The notes under the pieces were generated by a model, which did no database searches, was not told the DNA's origin, and saw nothing but the letters and a program-made list of their open reading frames with translations. Below are positions 9,761 to 20,174 of a stretch of DNA of 64,000 nt, piece by piece. The stretch spans positions 4,992,001 through 5,056,000 of the forward strand of contig CP170459.1 in assembly GCA_047947115.1 (NCBI GenBank), written 5' to 3'. A program made the position numbers and the translations under genes. Origin of the DNA: Verrucomicrobiota bacterium. Its GTDB lineage: Bacteria > Verrucomicrobiota > Verrucomicrobiia > Limisphaerales > AAA164-E04. How positions within the stretch are numbered: the stretch's first letter is position 1; the number at the start of each line of letters is the position of its first letter.

Positions 9761-11974
9761 TTAAATAGTGCCAGTCATTTTCCGTCCGATCCAAAAGATT
9801 CCCATCATAAAAATCAGAAAACCACACCACACCGGATGCGCCCACAAACGGGTGCGATGCAACACCGGATCCGGTTCCGGCATTTCGCGCAGGTGTTGCA
9901 GCAAACGATCCACTTCGTGCATGTCCACCATTTGCCCGTGAGTGACCGACGCAATCTCTTCCAGCACATCGAAACGAGCCTGACGTCCCTGCCGTTCCCG
10001 ATGGGCTCCATAAACCGATAAATCCGTTTCAATGGAAGCGCCGGTTTCTTCACTCCTCGCTTTCAGTCGATAATTGCCGGGTTCTTTCGGAGCAAATGTT
10101 CCGCTGAACAATCCACGCGCGTCCCCTTCTCCGGGTTGCAAACGAATCGATTCCTTTTTCCCGGAAGGCGCCTGAGTTTCCACCACAACGGAACCTTCAT
10201 CCTGAAATCCGCCCAGTTCGTCCAGCACATTGGCGTTCAATGTCACCTGATCATCCACACGAGGCCGTTCGGGAGAAAAGAACAGGCGCATGGATTTTCC
10301 CTGGGTTTTTTGACGTTGATACGCCATCCAACGGGCCACTTGTCCCCAGAACCGATAATGGTACCGATCTTCCACCCCTTCACGCCATCGCCAGGCGCCG
10401 TCCGTCCCCATGAACAACACTTTTCCGGTTCCGAAGGTTTTGGTCACAATCAAGGGCACGCGTCCTGCCTCGGCCGAGGCTCGCTCGTGCACTGCCAGGA
10501 TCTCTGTTCCCACTTTGGCGCGCTGGATGCCCGCATACCAATTGAAACCGGGAAGCCGCCGCCAGATCTCAGCATTCTCATCGTCCGTGTCCGCCAGTTT
10601 GGTCAACAGGCTGCGACGTCCGGATTCGGTCAGTGAAAAATGGCCTTTGTCCGGAGACCCGATTCCTTTGGGTTGTTCGGGATCAGTGATCACCGGATAC
10701 AACTCTTCCAGCGGACTGGATGCCAACGATTCCTGCCATCCATATCGTCCGGGAATAAATACCAAACCAGAAGCCTGTGAACTGACCAGTTGTTTCAGAT
10801 CGAGCGTCTGTTCTTCCGTCATCTGCTTGGGCCCGATCCCGACATCCCCGAGGAACACCACATCAAATCGGCTCAACTCACTGGCCGTTGGAAATTCCTT
10901 GATATAGGATCGACCACCTCCAACTTGCGGCAGTTTGGGATGAAACAGCAAACAGGTGACCTCCACCCCCGGATCCCGCTCCAGCGCATTGCGCAGATAT
11001 CGATACTCCCAGCGCGGATAGGATTCGACCACCAACACCTTCAACTGTTCTTTGCGGACCGACATGGGAGCCGTGATACGGTTGTTTTCTTCAATCAGGT
11101 CCATGGAGTCTTGCGTCAACACCAGTTCCAACTCCACATCCCCGACCGCTCCTGGGGTCCAGGTAAGACTCTGTGTTTTCTTTCCCATCGCGGCAATCTG
11201 AACCAATTCTTCCGCCACTTGTTCGCCATCGACATACAAGCGCACAAACACATTCCGATCCTGACCAAGCGAACTCGACACATTGAACGGAATCCGCAAG
11301 GGTTTGTGGGCCACCGCAAACGTGGGAGCGTCCATCCCCACCAGTTCCACGTCGGGCAAAGGCGTCCTGCTGCCAACACCTACCGCAAACACCGGGACGC
11401 CTTTCATGCGATAACGGGTGGCGGCCTGAATGGGGGGCTGTCCAAAATTCCAATCACCGTCCGACAACAACACAACGCCTCGCAACTGGGAATGGTTTTC
11501 AAGGACCTGCATCAGTCCGGCATTCAAATCGGAAGCTTGTTGGGACGGTTCCAACTGAGATGAAAACGTTTCAAAAACCACTCGAGTCGACCGGGCATTT
11601 TCAGCCGACGAAAAGTCCCAATAAGCATCTTCCATGAATGGTACGATGGCCTTTTCCCGACTTCGGATCTGCCGGTCGGCCGAGGTATCATCGATAACAT
11701 CCTTGGTTTGCATGCTGTCGGACACATCCGTCAACACCACCAGCACATCACTCTGATACGATCTGCTGAAACTCACCCATTCGGGCTGCCACAAAGTCAC
11801 CACCACCAGCAACAGCAACACAAACCTCAGCAGTTCCATCCAGCCAATAGCCGGACGAAACCCGCTGCGACGCCATGCCGTCCAGCAAAAGTAAACCGCC
11901 GCGACCAGGATACCCAGTCCGAGAAACGTCGCCAGTCCACTGGGCAAAAACGATAATCCTTCTTGTCCCATCAT
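9761..11974 (-). CDS. membrane protein with vWA-like and glutamine-amidotransferase-like domains
   Basis: MIDAS-like DVSDSM and LLSDG motifs, PRWEYRYLRNALERDP, GKVLFMGTDGAWRWR. Confidence 0.8.
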   Translation of the reverse strand: MMGQEGLSFLPSGLATFLGLGILVAAVYFCWTAWRRSGFRPAIGWMELLRFVLLLLVVVTLWQPEWVSFSRSYQSDVLVVLTDVSDSMQTKDVIDDTSADRQIRSREKAIVPFMEDAYWDFSSAENARSTRVVFETFSSQLEPSQQASDLNAGLMQVLENHSQLRGVVLLSDGDWNFGQPPIQAATRYRMKGVPVFAVGVGSRTPLPDVELVGMDAPTFAVAHKPLRIPFNVSSSLGQDRNVFVRLYVDGEQVAEELVQIAAMGKKTQSLTWTPGAVGDVELELVLTQDSMDLIEENNRITAPMSVRKEQLKVLVVESYPRWEYRYLRNALERDPGVEVTCLLFHPKLPQVGGGRSYIKEFPTASELSRFDVVFLGDVGIGPKQMTEEQTLDLKQLVSSQASGLVFIPGRYGWQESLASSPLEELYPVITDPEQPKGIGSPDKGHFSLTESGRRSLLTKLADTDDENAEIWRRLPGFNWYAGIQRAKVGTEILAVHERASAEAGRVPLIVTKTFGTGKVLFMGTDGAWRWREGVEDRYHYRFWGQVARWMAYQRQKTQGKSMRLFFSPERPRVDDQVTLNANVLDELGGFQDEGSVVVETQAPSGKKESIRLQPGEGDARGLFSGTFAPKEPGNYRLKARSEETGASIETDLSVYGAHRERQGRQARFDVLEEIASVTHGQMVDMHEVDRLLQHLREMPEPDPVLHRTRLWAHPVWCGFLIFMMGIFWIGRKMTGTI

Positions 11975-14037
11975 CAGGCGACTGCCTCCTTTCGTGATGG
12001 AAAACCAGAGGTTCCCCCCACCTTACGGCCATCGAATGGTTGCGCCTTTTCCGGGAGGCACAAGCCGGCTTCTGCCAGCAACGCCAGCGCCATCAGGATC
12101 AAAAAGAATTTCCATACTTCACTCGCCAGGGAAGCCTGATCATCCACTGTATCCCGGATCTTCTGCAGAGTCATGCCTTCAAACAAAGGATCCACCAACC
12201 CCTCCGAAAGCAGTTCCACGTCATCCTCATCCGGGCTGCGGTTCAAAGCCACCCACTCGTCTCCCTTGCGAAAAACACCGGCGTGCATCCCCCGGTCGGA
12301 CAAGGTTGTTGGTTCGGCCACCAGGTTCATCACTTCATGATCAGCCAGATAAGCGGCCCACTCGCTGCCGGCATTCAAATGATTTGCCTTGGCAAGAGAT
12401 CGGCTTCCGAGTTCCAAAGAACGCTGAAGCATCACGTAAAAGGAAACCGCGTCTCTTTCCATCGAGGAAAACTCATCGGAGGGCAAGGTGGCACAAAAAT
12501 AAGCAGCGCCCTTTTGAAGATTGGCCCGCACCAGAAACGGATCGTCCTTTCCGATGCGCGCAAGGGTTGTTCCGGCGGTCCCCTGATCGGAAAAAGAAAT
12601 GGCGCAACGTTTATGCGCACGCAATTCATCCAGGGGAAGAGCCTGTCCGCTGTCCACTCTCCCCAACAAATCCGCATCATCCCGCCACCAGCTGAGTGAT
12701 CGGTCGACGTCATCTTCAAGAACATGCCATCCCGCCCACTGCATTCCAAATATCTCACCGTTGTCGGGCGATTCTGGGGGAAAAAAGAAAACGACCCGCC
12801 CGGAGGCCACAAACCGTTCGATTTCCTCCGCAACCACACCGGAAGGCAAAGGCGCTTGCCAAACCAGCAAGGAGGTTTGGTCCCAATCGATGTTACCCGT
12901 TTGCAGACTGGTCACCACCTCGGCCTCATGTTCCAACCCGGTTTCGACCGGAATGGACAGGTTCAGCTTAAAGGATTCCCCCATCGCTTTGTCGTCCGTC
13001 ACAATGACCGCTTTGCGTTGGGGTGGTTCGGAAAACACGAAATACCAGGTATTGTCCATGGCATTGGAATCACCCGGCAAGGATACGGTTCCCCACCCGG
13101 ATCGTTGTGAGCGATCCAGTGGAATGCGATAACCGGTCAGCAACCCGCTCCCTTCACTCAATTCCACTTCGACCACCGTACGCACCTGGTTCAACGTCAC
13201 CTGCACCGGCGCTTTCCTGGGCGCCGGACGGGTTCGATTTGTTTCGGCCTGCACGTTCACCTGGATATCCAGAATCAATTCAGCACCATCCCGGGTCTGC
13301 CTTCGTTTCACATTGGATGCCCGGATCGAAAGGTTTCCGGACGGGGGTTCCGGATAGGATAACAAAAAGTGATGCACCCCCTCCATTTCAGCAAATTGAT
13401 TACGGATCACTTCCCAGCGACCGCTCCCGGCATCCCAATCATGTCCACTCAAATCAGACAACACCCAAACATCCGCCCTTCCGGATTCATTGGCATTCAG
13501 ATAAGCCAGGGCTTTTTCCAGCATTCCGGGTATATCGGCACTGACATCGGAAGCCTTTGTCATCGGCAAATCACGCAGACTTTCCGGGGATTCAAGAACC
13601 TGCGACTGCCCACTCGCGCTATCAATCAAGACCAACTGACTGCCATAACCTTTCTGCTGTAAAAGATCGGACAACTTGTTCAGAGCGGTCGAACGTTTGG
13701 ATTGGCCGGACTGCAGATCCTGCGCCTCCATACTGGGCGACCGGTCCAGCAGCACGAGCGTTGCGTCCGGTTTTCCCCAACCAAGCATCCCCATTTTGCC
13801 GCTGACCAATGGTCGGCTCACGGCAAACAAAACCGCCGCCACAGCCGCCATACGAGCGGCCATAATCAGCAGGTAACGCAATCGGGCCATGCCCTTGTTC
13901 ATGCGATTGGCCTTGGCCAGGAACATGGTGGCCGCCCAACGGATGGATCGATGCCGGTTGCGATGAATCAAATGGATGATCACCGGCAAAGCCATCAACG
14001 GCAGGGCAAACAAGATCCATGGCTGAAGGAAGCTCAT
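11974..14037 (-). CDS. BatA-domain / vWA protein
   Basis: N-terminus MSFLQPWILFALPLMALPVIIHLI (BatA), LLDRSPSM, C-terminal TM helix. Confidence 0.85.
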   Translation of the reverse strand: MSFLQPWILFALPLMALPVIIHLIHRNRHRSIRWAATMFLAKANRMNKGMARLRYLLIMAARMAAVAAVLFAVSRPLVSGKMGMLGWGKPDATLVLLDRSPSMEAQDLQSGQSKRSTALNKLSDLLQQKGYGSQLVLIDSASGQSQVLESPESLRDLPMTKASDVSADIPGMLEKALAYLNANESGRADVWVLSDLSGHDWDAGSGRWEVIRNQFAEMEGVHHFLLSYPEPPSGNLSIRASNVKRRQTRDGAELILDIQVNVQAETNRTRPAPRKAPVQVTLNQVRTVVEVELSEGSGLLTGYRIPLDRSQRSGWGTVSLPGDSNAMDNTWYFVFSEPPQRKAVIVTDDKAMGESFKLNLSIPVETGLEHEAEVVTSLQTGNIDWDQTSLLVWQAPLPSGVVAEEIERFVASGRVVFFFPPESPDNGEIFGMQWAGWHVLEDDVDRSLSWWRDDADLLGRVDSGQALPLDELRAHKRCAISFSDQGTAGTTLARIGKDDPFLVRANLQKGAAYFCATLPSDEFSSMERDAVSFYVMLQRSLELGSRSLAKANHLNAGSEWAAYLADHEVMNLVAEPTTLSDRGMHAGVFRKGDEWVALNRSPDEDDVELLSEGLVDPLFEGMTLQKIRDTVDDQASLASEVWKFFLILMALALLAEAGLCLPEKAQPFDGRKVGGTSGFPSRKEAVA

Positions 14038-14957
14038 GCGGAGGCCGCGCCTTTCTGTTTGGGTTTGCGTCGGATAAGGAAGTCAGACAACACTTCCCCC
14101 ACCGTATCCTTGAGATTCACCCGATGGTAATCCACACCGGCTTCCCGCATGACCACGCTGATGGATTGAAGATATTCCTGCATGGCGGTGCGATATTGAC
14201 GCGCCATCAAACTCGGATCCGCCATAATGGGATCGCCTCCCTCCATGTCCAGGAAGCGCATGGGCCGGTCAAAATCAAAATCGACCTCCGATTGATCCAG
14301 CAAATGAAAGACCGCCACATCATGTTTCCGGAATCGCAAATGCTGAAAACAATGCCGCAGTATGTCCGGTTCGATGTAAAGATCGGAAAACACAGCCACC
14401 AGGGCACGCTGCTGGATATTTTCCGCCGCTTCATGCAAAGCGTCGGCCAAGCCCGTTTCGCCTTCGGCTTTCATTTCGGAAAGTTTATCGAGAATCAATC
14501 GAAGGTGGCTGGCATTTCTTCTGGGCCGTATTTCGGTATGGAACCCTTTACCCGCGCAATACAAGCCCACGGCATCCCCCTGCTTGGTCGCCATATAAGC
14601 CATGGTGCCTGCCAGGGATTTCATCATCTGCAGTTTCGAAAGACCATCGACATCGAAATCCATGGAACCGCTGGTGTCAGTGATCAGGCAAAGTCGAAGA
14701 TTGGTATCGGCCTCGAACTCACGAATGTAAAACCGGTCCGAACGCCCCCAGGCCCGCCAGTCCATGCGACGCGGATCATCCCCCGGGACATATTTACGAT
14801 ACTCGGCAAATTCCAGGCTGGCTCCCTTGATGGGACTGCGGTGGCGACCGGACACACTGCCCAGCATGGGGACACGCGCATTGAGCCCCTGTCCGGTCAG
14901 TTTTGCCACGACTTTCGGATCGATGAAGTCGTGTTTGCTTTTCCCTGTATCCGCCAC
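14034..14957 (-). CDS. DUF58 domain protein
   Basis: GRHRSPIKGASLEFAEYRKYVPGDDPRRMDWR and DTSGSM motifs. Confidence 0.93.
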   Translation of the reverse strand: MADTGKSKHDFIDPKVVAKLTGQGLNARVPMLGSVSGRHRSPIKGASLEFAEYRKYVPGDDPRRMDWRAWGRSDRFYIREFEADTNLRLCLITDTSGSMDFDVDGLSKLQMMKSLAGTMAYMATKQGDAVGLYCAGKGFHTEIRPRRNASHLRLILDKLSEMKAEGETGLADALHEAAENIQQRALVAVFSDLYIEPDILRHCFQHLRFRKHDVAVFHLLDQSEVDFDFDRPMRFLDMEGGDPIMADPSLMARQYRTAMQEYLQSISVVMREAGVDYHRVNLKDTVGEVLSDFLIRRKPKQKGAASA

Positions 14958-14963
14958 GGATGT

Positions 14964-15983
14964 TTATTCCTCCTGTTCAAGTTCGATCACCAGGCGATGA
15001 ACAATTTGACGGCTGTCAATCCCCTCGGACTCAGCCCCGAATGAAGTCAACACACGATGCATGAGCACCGGTTCCGCGACCGCAACAATATCCTCCAAAC
15101 GAACCATGTAACTTCCAAGCAAAGCGGCGCGTGATTTGGCCCCGAGAATGAGGTATTGCATGGCTCGGGGTCCCGCGCCCCAACTCACCAGGGGTTTGAG
15201 CCAATCGGGAGAATCCGTGTCACCGGGGCGTGTGCGCCGCACCAGATGGGCGGCAAATTTGTAAATATGATCCGGCACCGGAACACGACGCACCAGTTCC
15301 TGATATTTTTTAACCCGCTCTCCATCGATGACGTGTTTCAATTCAGGCATGGGATCCCCCGTCGTCAGGCGACCGATCTCGATTTCTTCCTCCAAACTCG
15401 GATACCCCACATCAATCATGAACATGAACCGGTCCAATTGGGCCTCGGGTAAAGGATAAGTCCCTTCCTGTTCGATGGGATTCTGTGTGGCCAAGACAAA
15501 GAATGGTTCTTCCATCGGATAAGAATGACCCGCCGCGGTGACACGATGTTCCTGCATGGCTTCCAGCATGGCCGCCTGAGTCTTGGAGGGAGCCCGGTTG
15601 ATTTCGTCCGCCAGAACAATGCTGGCAAACACCGGCCCTTTGACGAACTCAAACTCACGTCGTCCGGTGTCGGATTCGTGAAGAATCTCGGTCCCGGTAA
15701 TGTCCATGGGCATGAGATCCGGCGTAAACTGAATCCGGCTGAAGCTCAGATCCATCGTTTCCGCCAACCGCTTGACCAGCATCGTCTTTGCCAAGCCTGG
15801 CACCCCGATCAACAAGGCGTGTCCCTGAGCAAAAAGACATATGGCAAGGCGCTCGACCACGGACTTCTGCCCGACGATGACCTTGCCGAGTTCATCGCAC
15901 ATGAGTGCGTAATCCTGACGCAAGGCATCAATAGCGGCGACATCCTGCGCCTGGATCTGTTCATTGGCATCTGTATTCGACAT
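14964..15983 (-). CDS. moxR: MoxR-family AAA+ ATPase
   Basis: GVPGLAKT, RIQFTPDLMP, LADEINRA and ATQNPIEQEGTYPLPEAQLDRF motifs. Confidence 0.95.
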   Translation of the reverse strand: MSNTDANEQIQAQDVAAIDALRQDYALMCDELGKVIVGQKSVVERLAICLFAQGHALLIGVPGLAKTMLVKRLAETMDLSFSRIQFTPDLMPMDITGTEILHESDTGRREFEFVKGPVFASIVLADEINRAPSKTQAAMLEAMQEHRVTAAGHSYPMEEPFFVLATQNPIEQEGTYPLPEAQLDRFMFMIDVGYPSLEEEIEIGRLTTGDPMPELKHVIDGERVKKYQELVRRVPVPDHIYKFAAHLVRRTRPGDTDSPDWLKPLVSWGAGPRAMQYLILGAKSRAALLGSYMVRLEDIVAVAEPVLMHRVLTSFGAESEGIDSRQIVHRLVIELEQEE

Positions 15984-16223
15984 GATGTAAACGATAACTT
16001 CGTATAAATTCAGATTAACGGGTTGAGGTCCATTTCAGATGGATTAACGAAAATGATCAATCGTAATCGTAAGGGAGAAGAATGATTTTCATACGGTCTT
16101 GCGGATAACGCAGACATTCTTTATTTTTCCTTGGCAAGGCTCAGGCCAACAACATGGTTCGCACCGAAAACAACCCATGCCACAAAGCTACATCAAAACG
16201 ACAACGAAATTGAACAACGTTCT

Positions 16224-16255
16224 CTGGAATGCGGTGGCTCGACACCGCTCTGGAT
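16224..16255 (+). repeat. short palindromic REP-like element (GGAATGCGGTG-gctcga-CACCGC)
   Basis: 6-bp stem hairpin in an intergenic region. Resembles short intergenic repeats recalled from verrucomicrobial genomes. Single copy in this window. Confidence 0.35.
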
Positions 16256-16558
16256 ACCATCCGACCACGTAATGGCATTCTACTCCCCAACAACACCATT
16301 CTTGACTGCAAAAACTAAGAAGGTCCCGGTTGAAGAATGTATATGGCGTTTCCGAAAGTTAACCAGAACGGCGATAACTCGCACGCACTCAAAAATGAAC
16401 CCAACATTCACCAATGGTTTTCTGAAGTATGGCATGCTTCCCTGAATCCCTGATGGCAATCATGGAACTTAAAGAAACATTCAAAACCAGTGTAGGACCC
16501 ATTTATTGTCCCATGATTGTTGGAAGCATTCCCAAGTCTTTATAATCCTGAATCAACG

Positions 16559-17713
16559 ATGAACAACACAGCACTACTTCTGGCCGGCATTCCGGCTGTC
16601 CAAAAAAACCTCTACCACCGCATCCAGTTCATGGTGGGCGACCCTGTTGGATGGATCCAATTTCCCAACCAAAGCGAAGCGAACGGAACCTTACTGATCT
16701 GCCGGGACATCGAAATGGACCGTGCCAAAAAGCATTCCACCGCTCAAAGGGTGGCATGCCCCGCCGATTTCGCCCCGGATTCCGGATTATCCGGGGACCG
16801 CGAAACCGCCACCGCACAAGCCATTGCCGAGTGCCTGTGTCGCCAAAACATCACATCGGTCACTTCAGATCGGTCCCTTTCACTGATTTATATCAACGCG
16901 CTTAAGGAACGAGGCATCCACATTGCGTACAACCCGGACATGGGGGTCCTGGAACGACGCGCAAAATCACCTCAGGAACTGGAAGCTCTGCAAAAAGCCC
17001 AGGAAGCCACCGAATCCGTCATGATCAAGGCCTGTCAATTGGTGAGCCATGGCAAAGCACGCACAGACGGCACGCTGGAATTGGAAGGCATTCCATTGAC
17101 CTCCGAAGTGATCCGATCACGGATTGATCGCTGGTTATTGGATATTGGATACGAAAACCCCGGAAGCATTGTGGCCTGCGGTCCGGATGCGGCGGATTGT
17201 CATTTCTTCGGGGCAGGTCCTTTGCGGACCGAAACCCCGGTCATCATCGACATCTTTCCGAAAGACAAAACCAGTCAATACAACGGTGACTGCACGCGCA
17301 CCGTCGTACACGGCAAGGTGCCCTCAGATATCGAACGAGCCTACAACACCGTGGTTCAGGCCAAACTGGCTGGAATGAAAGCCGCCAAAGCCGGCGTGAC
17401 CGGCGAATCGGTCCATCGTGCCACCATCGGCGTCATCCACGAGAATGGATACGAGACCGGTCTCCCCTCAGAGACCTCACCGGCAACCCGCTGCGCCATG
17501 GTGCATGGCACCGGACATGGAGTGGGACTGGAAGTGCACGAGCCGCCCTTGTTGGATTTCAAAGGACCCCGGTTGGTGGTCGGAGATGTACTGACGATCG
17601 AACCCGGCCTCTATAGCCCCGCCTGGGGCGGCGTCCGAAGCGAGGACATGGTAGCCGTGGAAACCGACGGATGCAAAAATTTCAACAAGCTCCCGGATAC
17701 CCTGACCTGGTAG
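16559..17713 (+). CDS. Xaa-Pro aminopeptidase, M24 family
   Basis: IIDIFP..YNGDCTRT, HGTGHGVGLEVHE, TIEPGLY and RSEDMV motifs. ATG 16559 preferred, with TATAAT at 16541-16546. Confidence 0.92.
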   Translation: MNNTALLLAGIPAVQKNLYHRIQFMVGDPVGWIQFPNQSEANGTLLICRDIEMDRAKKHSTAQRVACPADFAPDSGLSGDRETATAQAIAECLCRQNITSVTSDRSLSLIYINALKERGIHIAYNPDMGVLERRAKSPQELEALQKAQEATESVMIKACQLVSHGKARTDGTLELEGIPLTSEVIRSRIDRWLLDIGYENPGSIVACGPDAADCHFFGAGPLRTETPVIIDIFPKDKTSQYNGDCTRTVVHGKVPSDIERAYNTVVQAKLAGMKAAKAGVTGESVHRATIGVIHENGYETGLPSETSPATRCAMVHGTGHGVGLEVHEPPLLDFKGPRLVVGDVLTIEPGLYSPAWGGVRSEDMVAVETDGCKNFNKLPDTLTW

Positions 17714-17730
17714 ACGGGATATCCACGACG

Positions 17731-17826
17731 TGTCGGGACTGCGCGTCCGCCAACGTGTCGGCACAACGCAACGGTCTTTCCTACACCCCGACGCGCCACG
17801 CGGCTCTGCGGCAGCAGAGCCCTACC
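17731..17826. repeat. degenerate REPIN of the same family as the 32-kb array
   Basis: Minus-strand GTAG-GGCTCTGC-tgcc-GCAGAGCCG at 17801-17826, with a decayed partner at ~17731-17750 (GGGAC..GCGTCCGC). Confidence 0.7.
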
Positions 17827-17830
17827 GGTG

Positions 17831-18748
17831 TCACCTTGAATAGATCGGACCGTTGAACAATTCGTTCGGAATGGGATCCTTGTTGATGATCTTGTAGGTC
17901 GTCACCCAACGCACCATTTCGGCGCTACCACCAAAACTCCCGACCACTGCGCCGCCCGGAAGGTTGTCAATGGTGCTTTGCCCGTTCTTGTTGTCAAGCT
18001 GCCACCATGTGGCCACACCCGCGTGGCGAATCGAAACACCGTTACCAGTGTTGCCCGGGGGCGGCACATTGGAAGCATCGTTGAAATTCAGTGGGTCCAA
18101 TTCATTTTGCTCCCAAAGCTGCCAACTGGTGGGTCTGAAGTTGGTCATTTTGTAAGTTCTACCACTGGGTAATGGAGCTTTACCTATGTTGTTGTACCCA
18201 CCGATCGTGCCGTTCCAACAATACGAAGTGAGCTTGACGGGACGGGCGAGCCACAGGTCCTTCAAGGGGCCTCTGCTTCGTGTGGATATATCCTTGGGAC
18301 ACCACAGGACCTTATGGTCAGAAATATAATTGCCTAACTGACTGATCCTGAAAAAAGCCAACTGGTTTTCAAACTCAGGCGAGTCGACATCCTTGCCCGC
18401 CGCCGATCCGGGTGTGTTGGGGCGTCCCGGCAAACGTCCTTTGTTCTCAGTTGCATACAACCAGTTTTCGGGACCACTCAGATTGCCTCCCCAGGACGGG
18501 TGTGCCAGATAATCCTCGTTGTCACCGGCATACATATGACTCGCCAAGAGCACCTGTTTGACGTTGTTTAAATCAAGTGTCAGTTGGGCCTTGTCCTTGG
18601 CCCGCCCCAAAGCTGGCAGAAGCATCCCCGCCAAAATGGCAATGATCGCAATAACGACCAGAAGTTCAATCAAGGTAAAAGCACGCATCCAGCGGAAGCG
18701 GCCCATCGATCTTTTTGATACCGAGGCATCTTTATTTGGATCTTTCAT
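17831..18748 (-). CDS. prepilin-type N-terminal cleavage/methylation domain protein (DUF1559-like PVC family)
   Basis: [40 protein letters not shown] and C-terminal IRH...[13 protein letters not shown]. Confidence 0.9.
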   Translation of the reverse strand: MKDPNKDASVSKRSMGRFRWMRAFTLIELLVVIAIIAILAGMLLPALGRAKDKAQLTLDLNNVKQVLLASHMYAGDNEDYLAHPSWGGNLSGPENWLYATENKGRLPGRPNTPGSAAGKDVDSPEFENQLAFFRISQLGNYISDHKVLWCPKDISTRSRGPLKDLWLARPVKLTSYCWNGTIGGYNNIGKAPLPSGRTYKMTNFRPTSWQLWEQNELDPLNFNDASNVPPPGNTGNGVSIRHAGVATWWQLDNKNGQSTIDNLPGGAVVGSFGGSAEMVRWVTTYKIINKDPIPNELFNGPIYSR

Positions 18749-18817
18749 AATGTGCAGCTGACTGTGGGAATGTTAGCTTCAGAAATGACATTGAAAAGGA
18801 GATTTTTAGAAGAATAA

Positions 18818-19264
18818 CTATGCTTCTTTAAGAGGAATCCAAACGCGTCGGAATCCCAATTGTTGAAAGTCCTTCACATTAGCAGTGGCCAGTTCGGTGA
18901 CTCCTTGATCAATCATGGTAAGTGCCGTCCGGACATCATATAATCGTCGAAATGCAAAGGATTTTTGCTTGGAAAACTCCCACATCCGATCATGTAAAGT
19001 ACGACTTTCAAGAGGAAAACCAATCAATCGCCAACAGGGATGATTTCGGTAAGCGTCAATCACACCACTGGCTTCGGATGCAGATAGTGGAGAAGGTAAA
19101 ACAGCGGAATTTCGAAGCAGGCAGTAAAGTTCCGCAAGGACAAATTCGGAAATAGCTATGTCTTCATCCATCTGGATGGAAGTCAACCAATCATAGGCTT
19201 CGTTGTGGCTTGGAGAATCAAGATTTAACGAATGAAGAAGGAGATTCGTATCAATCGAAAGCAT
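18818..19264 (-). CDS. vapC: VapC-family PIN-domain toxin
   Basis: MLSIDTNLL, VLAELY, RRLYD and LATANVKDF carry the PIN acidic residues. Confidence 0.9.
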   Translation of the reverse strand: MLSIDTNLLLHSLNLDSPSHNEAYDWLTSIQMDEDIAISEFVLAELYCLLRNSAVLPSPLSASEASGVIDAYRNHPCWRLIGFPLESRTLHDRMWEFSKQKSFAFRRLYDVRTALTMIDQGVTELATANVKDFQQLGFRRVWIPLKEA

Positions 19265-19267
19265 GAT

Positions 19268-19528
19268 TCAAGCCTTTCCATTTTTCGAAACTTCGACTTC
19301 CAACAAACTTTTCTGAGCGGCTTCTTTAAGTTCAGACTCACTCAATCCCTTCCACCCCAAAGACCGTGGTTTGGGAGGTGTCCAGTCCTTTTGCCCATCT
19401 CCATAAACACTAAGCATGTACTCAATTCCCCGCCTTGCCAATTCTGCCATCGAGATTTCCTTCTTCTGACATAACATTCTTGCACGCATGTGAATGTCGT
19501 CAGGGAGCTGAATCTGAGTCCGCGTCAT
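19268..19528 (-). CDS. antitoxin, ribbon-helix-helix/CopG type (VapB)
   Basis: MTRTQIQLPD..ISMAELARRGIE, 3 bp upstream of the PIN gene. Confidence 0.85.
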   Translation of the reverse strand: MTRTQIQLPDDIHMRARMLCQKKEISMAELARRGIEYMLSVYGDGQKDWTPPKPRSLGWKGLSESELKEAAQKSLLEVEVSKNGKA

Positions 19529-19534
19529 GCCATA

Positions 19535-19572
19535 ATTTTAACATCAGGTAATTTGATGTCAATTTAACATCA
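19535..19572 (-). promoter_or_regulatory. sigma70 promoter of vapBC overlapped by TGATGT/ACATCA operator repeats
   Basis: TTGACA (19562-19557), 16-bp spacer, TAAAAT (19540-19535), ATG 6 nt later. Three alternating ACATCA/TGATGT sites. Confidence 0.7.
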
Positions 19573-19608
19573 CCGCGTCTTGGTTACTCAAAAAAATATT
19601 CACCAAAC

Positions 19609-19634
19609 GTAGCAGCGCTTGCCAAAGCGTGGAT
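19609..19634 (+). repeat. degenerate GTAG-type REP (GTAGCAGCGCTTGCCAAAGCGTGGAT)
   Basis: GTAG tetranucleotide followed by a CGCTT/AAGCG stem. Confidence 0.4.
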
Positions 19635-20174
19635 ACCTTTTGGTAAAGGCGCCTACTTTTTATGGGGACTCGACGACTACCATCTCCCTGCCGCTCGCCC
19701 AGTAAATGTCAGGGTGGCGTCGGAGTTCTTGTGCGTCAGTGCTGCTGTTCCTTTTGATCAGCCAATGAGGCCTTGCAGTTTCTCCAGTGGGCAATGTCTC
19801 CTCTTGTTTAAGGCGCAAAAACCATCGAGGTTCCTGATCCTTAAAAAAACGGATGCCAGGGCTATTTCAAAATCCTGAAATTGGAGCCCCTGCTGTTTCA
19901 TGTGGGTTTCGCAGATACTATTTGTAGTCAAGATTTGATCATAAATGGAGCCATCTGTATATGAGGCTCTCTCCATACGCCCAATTATCAAATGTCATCA
20001 CATCCTTCATATCTGCGTTCATCCGCGATCTGCGGATATAACGTGTCCCAGCTTCGGGTTGCATACCTGTGATTCAACCTCCAAAATCTTTCGGGAGTGT
20101 CTCCATCAAGCGAAAACGGCACTACCGGACTAAGCCAGGCAGCGCCGTTTTATGACGAATTGAGCCAAATTAGA

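Noticed and set aside
14019..15044. 341-aa plus-strand ORF
   Set aside because: Antisense shadow of the clear DUF58 gene.
16131..16445. 104-aa intergenic ORF
   Set aside because: Runs through a REP-like palindrome, has a TTG start and no motifs.
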